Assembly: GCA_963643345.1 (NCBI GenBank)
Contig: CAVIJK010000004.1
Location: 310 to 64,309 of the forward strand
Source of the DNA: a bacterium
GTDB taxonomy: Bacteria > Bacillota_I > Bacilli_A > RFN20 > CAG-826
DNA: 64,000 nucleotides
Reading direction: 5' to 3'
Made by a program: the position numbers and the translations under genes. Within the stretch, counting starts at the first letter, position 1. Each line of letters begins with the position of its first letter. This document shows, one piece after another, positions 49,105 through 56,699 of this stretch. The notes under the pieces are model-generated. The model was not told the DNA's origin and did no database searches. It worked only from the letters and a program-made list of their open reading frames with translations.

Positions 49105-49349
49105 TGAATCAAACGGGCTATATAATACTAACCATCGCAATAGTGGTAATTCTGGTCGCAATCTTCGTATTCAGTTTTGTGGTTTACGTTAAAACGCCAG
49201 CCCCAAAAGGCTGTGAAAGAGGCAAAGGGCCAAATTGCGAAAACTGCGATCAGGCAAGTTGCAAATTCTATGCATACGCAGAGGAACTGGCAGAAAAGAA
49301 ACGTCTAGAGGCCGAAATGAAAGCCTCTACCGAGAAAGGGAATGAATAA
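49104..49349 (+). CDS. Small single-pass membrane protein with cytoplasmic C-x8-C-x2-C-x5-C motif, embedded in the rnf operon
   Basis: 81 aa. One TM helix (YIILTIAIVVILVAIFVFSFVVYV), then CERGKGPNCENCDQASC, then a charged tail. Its start overlaps the rnfA stop (TAATG) and its end overlaps the rnfB start by 8 nt. Confidence 0.65.
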   Translation: MNQTGYIILTIAIVVILVAIFVFSFVVYVKTPAPKGCERGKGPNCENCDQASCKFYAYAEELAEKKRLEAEMKASTEKGNE

Positions 49350-49668
49350 CATGGATATTTTATGGGCAGTCTTATTAATGTTAGGCTTAGCGGTTGGTTT
49401 ATCGTGCTTAATCGTTTTATTCTCCATCATATTCCACGTCGAGGAAGATCCGAGAATCGATAAAGTCGCAAGCATGCTCCCAGGAGCAAACTGCGGCGCC
49501 TGTGGCAAGGCGGGATGCCGCGATTTAGCCGAGTCGCTTGTCACTGGCGAAATCAAGAAAGTCACTACCTGCAAAGCCGGAAGAAAAGATAAGAACTTCG
49601 ATCCGATAATCACTTATCTAAAGGAAACTCCAGGACCGGACGGAAAGACAGTGGACGTCACAATGTAA
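49342..49668 (+). CDS. rnfB: Short RnfB: membrane anchor plus N-terminal Fe-S domain only, no 2x[4Fe-4S] ferredoxin domains
   Basis: 108 aa. One TM helix, then the LPGANCGACGKAGCRDLAESL...C RnfB-type cluster motif. The ORF stops (49666-49668) and a terminator follows directly. Confidence 0.8.
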   Translation: MNNMDILWAVLLMLGLAVGLSCLIVLFSIIFHVEEDPRIDKVASMLPGANCGACGKAGCRDLAESLVTGEIKKVTTCKAGRKDKNFDPIITYLKETPGPDGKTVDVTM

Positions 49669-49676
49669 TATTGATT

Positions 49677-49700
49677 AGGACACTTTGTGTCCTTTTCTTT
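49677..49700 (+). terminator. Terminator after rnfB
   Basis: AGGACAC-TTT-GTGTCCT (49677-49693) followed by a TTTTCTTT tract. Confidence 0.8.
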
Positions 49701-49739
49701 CGCTTGTAGTAAGTTTTACACCCTATTATCATAATAATC

Positions 49740-50762
49740 ATGAAAAGAAGAATCGGCCTTATTTTATTAGCCCCTTTAATCCTTGCCGGTTGCAGTAACA
49801 AAATTGGAGAAACCTATAGCTCCACCGCTATCGTTTTCAATAGTTTTTTCACCTGCAAATACTTTTCAAACGCCGGTTCACTAAATGATGAGATAAACGC
49901 AACCGTCAACAAAATCAATCAATTGGCAGACCCATACACGGATTATAACGGGCTGAATAACTTATATAAAATCAATGAAACCAATGAGGCAATTACAGTT
50001 GACCCAATTCTTTTTGATTTGGTTAAAACCGCTATGGATTTGTATCAAAAAACCGAACACAACTTCAATCCGTTCATCGGCAAGATAACTAGCGTTTGGA
50101 AAACGGTCTTATTTGGAGAGAGCGGTGACTCATCATTCAGCGGGCCCACCGTTTCATCAATCGAGGAGACGAAAGCTCTGATACCATCTCTTTTGAATGA
50201 GGCAAATTCCACAAGTGTGCTTCTCAATGAAGACAACTGTACCATAACCAGAGTCGGCCAAGGCCATATTGATTTAGGAGGCTTAACCAAAGGCTATGCC
50301 GTTGAGCAAGTGAAAAAGATGCTTAAGGCAAAAGATATCGGGGTTTATTTAGTCAATGGCGGCCAGAGCTCTTTGGGACTAGGCAAAACCCAAGATGGCG
50401 GGGAATTCAAAGTGGATCTCAAATATTCAAAAGAACAATATGAGAATAGATACTCTCTAGGAGAAATTGATACATCCACCTCCGCAATATATGAGCAATC
50501 AATCATCGTGGATGGCACAACCTATTCGCATATCATCAACCCAACAACAGGCATGCCATTGACGGCTTATTCGATGGCTTTTTTGGTGGGCGAGGATAGC
50601 ACGCTTCTAGACGCTTTCTCTACATCATGCATAATCGCAGGACCGGAAAAGGCAGAAGAATGGGGCAACAAATACGGATTCTCCTATTCTCTATTCAAAG
50701 ATGATGGAGGTTATACAAAACTAGTTAAAGAATCTGATTCATTGAGCAAGGCTAGAATTTAA
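49740..50762 (+). CDS. apbE: FAD:protein FMN transferase (ApbE family) lipoprotein
   Basis: Signal peptide with lipobox ILAGC-SN and ApbE-like motifs (DLGGLTKGYA, YSHIINPTTG). Confidence 0.9.
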   Translation: MKRRIGLILLAPLILAGCSNKIGETYSSTAIVFNSFFTCKYFSNAGSLNDEINATVNKINQLADPYTDYNGLNNLYKINETNEAITVDPILFDLVKTAMDLYQKTEHNFNPFIGKITSVWKTVLFGESGDSSFSGPTVSSIEETKALIPSLLNEANSTSVLLNEDNCTITRVGQGHIDLGGLTKGYAVEQVKKMLKAKDIGVYLVNGGQSSLGLGKTQDGGEFKVDLKYSKEQYENRYSLGEIDTSTSAIYEQSIIVDGTTYSHIINPTTGMPLTAYSMAFLVGEDSTLLDAFSTSCIIAGPEKAEEWGNKYGFSYSLFKDDGGYTKLVKESDSLSKARI

Positions 50763-51235
50763 TGGTCATAGAAGAAACGCAAACGCAATCTAACAAAACA
50801 CCAAGGAAAAAGAAGAATTTCTTCTTAAAACACCTTTGGGATTTTATTCTCTTGGGCGTTCTTTTAATTGGTACATCTGCGTTTTATATCGCTAGAGCCA
50901 TATCCAAGGGAAGCGCCACTAATGAAGACATCTCCGCGACGATCCTCTATGAAGGGAAAGCAATTGAAATACTGGACTCCAGGGGAAAGAATAGAAACCC
51001 TCTCAACTTGGAAGAGATTGAAAACTACGAGGAAATCGAAATCAATGGAAAACACACAACTTTAATTATAGGCGTCAAACACAACGCCATATGCGTAGTT
51101 AAATCTGGATGTCCGGGACAGGAATGCGTGCATGAAGGGTGGATAAGCGAGGCAAACCATCCGATAATCTGTGCGCATAACGAAATTTATATAGAGGTAT
51201 CCACTAGCGATTGGGGAGATATATCCCAAGGATAG
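50762..51235 (+). CDS. NusG domain II-containing membrane-anchored protein (DUF1312-like)
   Basis: 157 aa. N-terminal TM anchor. C-terminal SGCPGQECVHEGWISEANHPIICAHNEIYIEV matches the CPxxxC...W...C.HN pattern of NusG_II proteins. Its start overlaps the apbE stop. Confidence 0.75.
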   Translation: MVIEETQTQSNKTPRKKKNFFLKHLWDFILLGVLLIGTSAFYIARAISKGSATNEDISATILYEGKAIEILDSRGKNRNPLNLEEIENYEEIEINGKHTTLIIGVKHNAICVVKSGCPGQECVHEGWISEANHPIICAHNEIYIEVSTSDWGDISQG

Positions 51236-51237
51236 TT

Positions 51238-51780
51238 ATGAAAGGTAAGTTTGGTATTAAACAAATCGCACTCATTGCAATGCTATTATCCCTCGCTTTA
51301 GTGTTAAGCATTGCTGAGAGTTTCATTCCTTTTGGCATACCGGGATTAAAACTCGGATTGGCGAATATGGTTATATTGCTAGCCATATATTACTTCGGAT
51401 TCTGGGTTGCATTGGCAATTGATGTTTTGAGAGTATTTATATCTTCGATTGCTTTGGGCACTTTCCTCGCAATGGGCTTTGCAATGTCCATGGCAGGCGC
51501 TTTATTAAGCTTCTTTATCATGTACGTATTCTATCGTTGGTTAAAGATGTTTACTCCGGTTGGAATTTCAATTGCAGGGGCATACTCCCATGCCTTAGCC
51601 CAAATTTTCGTAGGTGTAATTTATTTAGGTACCTGGGGCGTTTTCTATTATTTCCCCGTTATGGCTCTAGCCTCCTTAATTAGCGGTACATTCAATGGCA
51701 TTGTCGTTGAACTAATCTTAAATAACAAATATTTGTCCACCGTTGTCGGATATGTAAATAGAGAAGAAAACAACAATTGA
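51238..51780 (+). CDS. Gx transporter family protein (Hpre_diP_synt_I-like membrane protein)
   Basis: ~180 aa with 5 TM helices. LALVLSIAESFIPFGIPGLKLGLANMVILLAIY is typical of this family. ATG 51238 is 3 nt after the upstream stop. Confidence 0.8.
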   Translation: MKGKFGIKQIALIAMLLSLALVLSIAESFIPFGIPGLKLGLANMVILLAIYYFGFWVALAIDVLRVFISSIALGTFLAMGFAMSMAGALLSFFIMYVFYRWLKMFTPVGISIAGAYSHALAQIFVGVIYLGTWGVFYYFPVMALASLISGTFNGIVVELILNNKYLSTVVGYVNREENNN

Positions 51781-51843
51781 GCATGCACGATTATAAACAT
51801 GAAAGTTTATAAAATTTTTTCATAGTGGTTAAATATAGTAGTT

Positions 51844-53688
51844 ATGTTGAAAATCAAAGAATATTGGCAATCAATTGGCGGCAATCCGGAAACGACAGAC
51901 CCGTTTGAAAGAAACGAGGAAAAGGCAAATTGCAGCATCAGTTTGTACATGTGCCTTCATGGCGTCGTAAGCGTCATTGCAATCATTTTAGCGGCAGTCG
52001 GTTTTTTTAACGTAAAGACATCTGGCATCTATTTGATCGGATTGGAAACTTTCTTAATCATCGCTCCATCCATCGCATGCTTGAGCGTAAAAGGCAAAGG
52101 CAAAGCATTCAAATACACGCTGATTGTACAATTTTTGGTATATTCCGCTGTCACTAGAGCATACATCGGAGAGTTCGGATTGCTCCTCATTTGTGTTGGA
52201 GTCTTAATGTCATCCCGTTATTTCAATAAAGGGTTCACAAATGCAATCATAGGCATAGCGTGCGTGGCTTTCCTGAGTTCAGAATTCGGTTATTGTTTCG
52301 GGTACACCCCGGATGCAACAATCGGAGGAACAACGGTAAAAGTCCTCCTAAATTCTAATGGAACAGGCTATACCTTTGAGGTGGCCGATGGAAAAATGTG
52401 GCAATATGTAGGGCTTGTGTGGAGATATAACGGTCTCCCTTGCGGTTTATTGCTCATCCTCATCTTCATCATCACCTACTCATTAACCTTAGCGGGTAGA
52501 CGCCTGGTGGATGATAAATCAAAACAATTGGCAAAACAGGCAGTTATGTCCGGAGAGCTAGATATGGCACGAGAAATTCAGAAGAACATGCTCCCGAAAA
52601 CATTCCCTTTGTTCCCAGAATACGAAGACATCAATGTTTATGCAATCATGAATCCCGCAAAAGAGGTAGGCGGTGATTTCTACGACGCTTTTACGGTTGA
52701 TGAAGATCATGTTGCGTTCCTTATCGCCGATGTGTCAGGAAAAGGCATTCCTGCAGCGATGTTCATGGCCTTATCTAAAGTCATCATCAAAACCCAAGAA
52801 ATTGCCAGTGTTGATCCGGGTAAAGCTTTCACGGCAGTCAATGACACATTGAGAGAAGGGAATGACATCAATTTCTTTGTTAGCGCATGGATTGGCGTCA
52901 TGAACACAAAGACCGGCGAACTTAAATATGTAAATGCCGGCCACAATCCACCGCTATTCGCCAGAAAAAGCGGGCATTACGAGTTCTTAAAAGACATCTC
53001 AGGCCCAGTACTAACCGCACTTGGAGGTTTTCCTTATAAAGTCCACACCATCCAACTTCAAAAAGGTGACCGCCTATTCCTTTATACCGACGGCGTGACT
53101 GAGGCGGAGAATGCATCCCAAGAGAAATACGGAGCCAAAAGACTAAAGAATTTCCTGAACACAGCTTCGAAAATATCAATTCGATCAATCGTCAAGGAAG
53201 TTAGATGCGACGTTAACAAATTCGTAGATGGAAACCCTCCTAGCGATGATATAACCATCTTGATGTTTGAATACGGGACATTCTCCAAATCTTTCTATAT
53301 CAATAAGACAAGCATCTCCACAATCATCGAGATATGTAATCGCTATATGGCAAAATACGGTGCAGATAATAGAAGCGTAAATCAGATCGATGTCGTCTTA
53401 GACGAGGCTTTAGCAAACATCTACCAATACGCCTACAATCCAAACGTTGAGGGAACCGTTACCGTTTCCTTGAACTTCGAGCAGGAAACTAGCGAGGTCA
53501 CTCTCGCCTTGAGCGATAAGGGAAAACCATTCAACCCATTAGAAAAAGAAGCACCAGACACCACTTTATCCAGCAAGGACAGGGAAATCGGTGGTCTAGG
53601 AATCCATATGGTCAAGCAACTGGCGGACAACATTGAATACCGTAGATTCGATGACGAAAACATCTTGATCATAACTAAGAAAATATAA
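51844..53688 (+). CDS. Membrane sensor fused to a SpoIIE/PP2C phosphatase and an RsbW/SpoIIAB-type HATPase kinase
   Basis: 614 aa. ~6-7 TM helices in residues ~40-230. PP2C motifs GGDFYD, ADVSGKGIPAA, YTDGVTEA, SDDITIL. C-terminal HATPase_c-like N box (DEALANIYQYAY), G1 (SDKGKPFNP) and G2 (GGLGIHMV). Confidence 0.85.
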   Translation: MLKIKEYWQSIGGNPETTDPFERNEEKANCSISLYMCLHGVVSVIAIILAAVGFFNVKTSGIYLIGLETFLIIAPSIACLSVKGKGKAFKYTLIVQFLVYSAVTRAYIGEFGLLLICVGVLMSSRYFNKGFTNAIIGIACVAFLSSEFGYCFGYTPDATIGGTTVKVLLNSNGTGYTFEVADGKMWQYVGLVWRYNGLPCGLLLILIFIITYSLTLAGRRLVDDKSKQLAKQAVMSGELDMAREIQKNMLPKTFPLFPEYEDINVYAIMNPAKEVGGDFYDAFTVDEDHVAFLIADVSGKGIPAAMFMALSKVIIKTQEIASVDPGKAFTAVNDTLREGNDINFFVSAWIGVMNTKTGELKYVNAGHNPPLFARKSGHYEFLKDISGPVLTALGGFPYKVHTIQLQKGDRLFLYTDGVTEAENASQEKYGAKRLKNFLNTASKISIRSIVKEVRCDVNKFVDGNPPSDDITILMFEYGTFSKSFYINKTSISTIIEICNRYMAKYGADNRSVNQIDVVLDEALANIYQYAYNPNVEGTVTVSLNFEQETSEVTLALSDKGKPFNPLEKEAPDTTLSSKDREIGGLGIHMVKQLADNIEYRRFDDENILIITKKI

Positions 53689-53702
53689 GGAGCGCAATAT
53701 TT

Positions 53703-54875
53703 ATGGAACACGCATTAAAAGATAACGCATTAACCGTTACACTACACGGCCGAATCGATACAGTCACCTCTCCCGATGTTGAAAAGGAACTATCCTCAAT
53801 TCTATCTAAAAGCAAATTCACAGCTCTTATATTGGATTTAGCGGATGTTGATTTCGTCTCATCAGCGGGATTGCGTATTTTTCTGCGCACTAAACAAACC
53901 CATGACAACCTCTCCATAATTAATGTCAAACAAGAGGTATATGAAGTGTTTGAGATGACCGGTTTTACCGAGATTATGGACGTTGAGAAAGCCTATCGGC
54001 AATTCTCCATTGAAGGGTGCGAGGTGATTGGCAAAGGGGCTGTTGGAACCGTTTATAGATATTCTGACGACACGATTGTTAAAGTCTTTAGTGAAGACAC
54101 TAGCCTCGAAGAGATTAAACGTGAGATAGACATCTCTCATAAGGCTTTCATTTTGGGCATTCCTACCGCTATTTCTTATGATGTTGTTAAGGTTGGAGGC
54201 TCATTTGGAACAGTGTATGAGCTGCTTAATTGCGAGACGATGAAAGGCTTAATCCTTAAAGACCAACAACATCTTGGCAAATACGCGAAGATGTATTCAG
54301 ACGTTCTTCACGCATTGCACAAGAGCAAAGTGGAACCGGGAGAGTTGCCAAGCGTCAGAGAACACGACTTGAAAGTCGCTAAGATCGTGGCTCCGCTATT
54401 ACCAGAAAAAGAATCCCATAAATATTTGAAAATGGTTAATGAAATACCTGATGATTACAATGTTTGTCATGGTGATTGCCATATCAAAAACATCATGGTT
54501 CAAAACGGCGAGCCATTGTTCATCGATATGGAAACCTTAAGTTATGGCAATCCTGTATTCGACTTTTCTAGAGCGTATAACACATATTTCGGATATACCG
54601 AACTCTTAAATCAACAAGACGACATGTTTATCGGGCTTCCATATGACACGGTAAAAGAATTTTGGAAACTTACCCTGATGGAATACTTCAAAACTAAAGA
54701 CCCCGTAAGAATAGAACAGCTTGAGAATAAGTTCGCCTTGCTTGGAAATGCATATTTGCTCTACAAAGTCACAACACTTCCTGATTTCGCCAATAAGGCC
54801 GGAGAAGAAAAAATCGAGTGGTTGAAGAAAACAATCTGCGAAGAGATAGATAAAGCGGACAATCTCTTACTTTAA
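53703..54875 (+). CDS. STAS (anti-sigma antagonist-like) domain fused to an APH/choline-kinase-like protein kinase-fold domain
   Basis: 390 aa. The N-terminal ~95 aa are RsbV/SpoIIAA-like, with a conserved phospho-acceptor context DFVSSAGLRIF (Ser53, nt 53859-53861). The C-terminal domain has a Gly-rich loop IGKGAVGTVY, VKVF Lys, Brenner motif HGDCHIKNIMV and FIDMETLSYGNPVFDF. Confidence 0.85.
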   Translation: MEHALKDNALTVTLHGRIDTVTSPDVEKELSSILSKSKFTALILDLADVDFVSSAGLRIFLRTKQTHDNLSIINVKQEVYEVFEMTGFTEIMDVEKAYRQFSIEGCEVIGKGAVGTVYRYSDDTIVKVFSEDTSLEEIKREIDISHKAFILGIPTAISYDVVKVGGSFGTVYELLNCETMKGLILKDQQHLGKYAKMYSDVLHALHKSKVEPGELPSVREHDLKVAKIVAPLLPEKESHKYLKMVNEIPDDYNVCHGDCHIKNIMVQNGEPLFIDMETLSYGNPVFDFSRAYNTYFGYTELLNQQDDMFIGLPYDTVKEFWKLTLMEYFKTKDPVRIEQLENKFALLGNAYLLYKVTTLPDFANKAGEEKIEWLKKTICEEIDKADNLLL

Positions 54876-55062
54876 TTTGAAATAGTCAGTAACAAGGATG
54901 GCAGGAGTATGTCCAATCACGAAAACAGGCGATTAATTGTAGTTTTTTAAATGTTTTTGCTTAAGACAAAAAAATCCGGAGGCATCCGCCGAAGGAAGGA
55001 TGTCTACCACACTTGAGGCTTGCGCCCTTATGTGGCTAGGTTATAATTAAATTGTTCTTTTT

Positions 55063-55097
55063 GGTCCTCCCAGTTTGCGCTGAGAGGAACCTTTTTA
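55063..55097 (+). terminator. Plus-strand terminator abutting the stop codon of the convergent small ORF
   Basis: GGTCCTC (55063-55069) pairs with GAGGAACC (55084-91, one bulge), then T5 (55092-55096). It is the first terminator downstream of the STAS-kinase gene, which has a 220-nt tail. Confidence 0.7.
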
Positions 55098-55157
55098 TTT
55101 CAACAATCTAACTACTATCGTGATAAGCAACACGGCCGCAATCGCGACTAGCAGCAT
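55095..55157 (-). CDS. Candidate 20-aa hydrophobic peptide MLLVAIAAVLLITIVVRLLK (type I toxin-like)
   Basis: ATG 55157 is preceded by the purine-rich GGAAAGGGGAAAGGG. A single TM-length hydrophobic helix ends in RLLK. It stands alone in a 690-bp non-coding gap. It forms the last 20 codons of the implausible 117-aa ORF in the track. Confidence 0.4.
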   Translation of the reverse strand: MLLVAIAAVLLITIVVRLLK

Positions 55158-55561
55158 ATCCGACCCTTTCCCCTTTCCGGCGGATGGCGATTGTAGAGCG
55201 CATAGATGATGCCCTCCACTAATATATAGATGAGTTTTTCTGGATTTTTCCCAAAATCGTATTCTTTTGCTAAAAATCGTTATTTTTCGGTACAACGACC
55301 ATTCTAAAAATAATTGAACAAAGAAATCTAAAAACAATGTCTTAAATGAAAAAGCAATTCTAAATTGAATTTGAGTATTAAAAAATAGATGTTTATTTAT
55401 GCATGATATTGCCTTTGATTGCTTTTGTTTATCACTAACAAAGACCATTAATCACGGAACGTTGAAAAGTAAGAAATACTTTTAGTGCTTCCATTTTTCT
55501 TTGTATAACTCGCTCGTTTAGTGTATTGTTTGTTTGCTAAAAAGCAAAAGAGAATATCGAT

Positions 55562-56692
55562 ATGTCAAACACAAGAAAAATTAAAGCAAAGAAAGTGAGC
55601 CAGCCAAAGAAGACAAGTGCCTGGTCAAAAATTTGGTCTGGAACGAAATATTTCCTCAAATCATTATTCAGCAATGACGTATGCGTCGATGCTAGAACAA
55701 AAAAATGGTACTGGGCGATTCTCATCGCCGTGGTATCTCTAGTTGTCGCAACTATCCCGACCATGGTCAACTATTTCAAGGTTAAAGGCGGAAGCTTCCT
55801 CGACAGCACAACCTACAACTATGATTCGCAAATCTACGCATTCACTCAGGATATGGAAGCCAACGGAATAAAACTCAAAGTTGAAAACGGAACATTGGTT
55901 GACGAAGGCAACACATGCAAAGTTGACGATTCCAACATCATCTACAAACACATTGTCTCAATGGATGTAGTCTATAAGGACAGCACATCGGGCGAGATTG
56001 TTTCAACAACAGACAAATACGTTGATTTCGCAGTCTACTTCTACCCGGATGCTGTCTACTCAAAGAAAAAGAGCGACACAACCCACACAAGACTCTCTGA
56101 TTTAGTAACCAATGTTATAGGTGGCAAAAACCCTAAGGCAGATAACGAGGAAATCGGCGAGAAATACACAATCAACGCCCTTTTCTTGGGAAAAGAGTCA
56201 TTCACCGCCGTCAAGTACACCGGAATAAGCTCTTCAGGTTCTGTCTCTAGATCTTCTATCACCTATAAGTATCAAGGCGCAAACCAGAATGGCGATACAA
56301 CCTTCTACCTTAAAGATTTATTGGGTACTGATAAGGCCGCAACCGTCAGCAATTGGAAGGTTTATCTCAATAACGCTTACATGCCAATCAAATTAGCAAC
56401 TGGTTGGGCATCAACCGGAATCACATTCGGTATCTACACAGCATTAACAATCCTTTTGGGATTCGTCGTCTGGATCATGACAAGAGGCAAGAACAATCCA
56501 TTCCGCATCTACACTTTCTGGGAATGTCAAAAGATTGCCTATTGGGCGGCACTAACTCCTGCCATCATCGGAATGTTAATCGGATTCTTCATGTCCAGCA
56601 TGGTCATGTTGGGATTCATCCTCTGCTATGGCGTGAGAATCATGTGGATGTCCATGAGGTCCTTAAGACCATATCAGGACGAACAGAAATAA
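55562..56692 (+). CDS. Membrane protein of unknown function (basic N-terminus, TM, ~220-aa extracytoplasmic domain, 3 C-terminal TM helices)
   Basis: 376-aa uninterrupted ORF with a clear TM pattern and a terminator immediately downstream. No motif recognised. Confidence 0.75.
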   Translation: MSNTRKIKAKKVSQPKKTSAWSKIWSGTKYFLKSLFSNDVCVDARTKKWYWAILIAVVSLVVATIPTMVNYFKVKGGSFLDSTTYNYDSQIYAFTQDMEANGIKLKVENGTLVDEGNTCKVDDSNIIYKHIVSMDVVYKDSTSGEIVSTTDKYVDFAVYFYPDAVYSKKKSDTTHTRLSDLVTNVIGGKNPKADNEEIGEKYTINALFLGKESFTAVKYTGISSSGSVSRSSITYKYQGANQNGDTTFYLKDLLGTDKAATVSNWKVYLNNAYMPIKLATGWASTGITFGIYTALTILLGFVVWIMTRGKNNPFRIYTFWECQKIAYWAALTPAIIGMLIGFFMSSMVMLGFILCYGVRIMWMSMRSLRPYQDEQK

Positions 56693-56699
56693 GTTCACT

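Noticed and set aside
54975-55045. An SRP (4.5S/scRNA) gene, suggested by CCGCCGAAGGAAGGATG resembling the GGAAGGAAGCAGC helix-8 core.
   Set aside because: The conserved helix 8 has a GNRA tetraloop closed by UCC/GGA plus the AGCA asymmetric loop. That pattern is not present, and the flanks do not form the long SRP hairpin. I reinterpreted the segment as part of the overlapping UTRs of the small-peptide locus.
55095-55448. The 117-aa minus-strand ORF as a real protein.
   Set aside because: It has AT-rich, low-complexity N-terminal sequence, no SD and no recognisable domain. Only the last 20 codons, which have their own ATG and purine-rich SD, look like a genuine mini-ORF.
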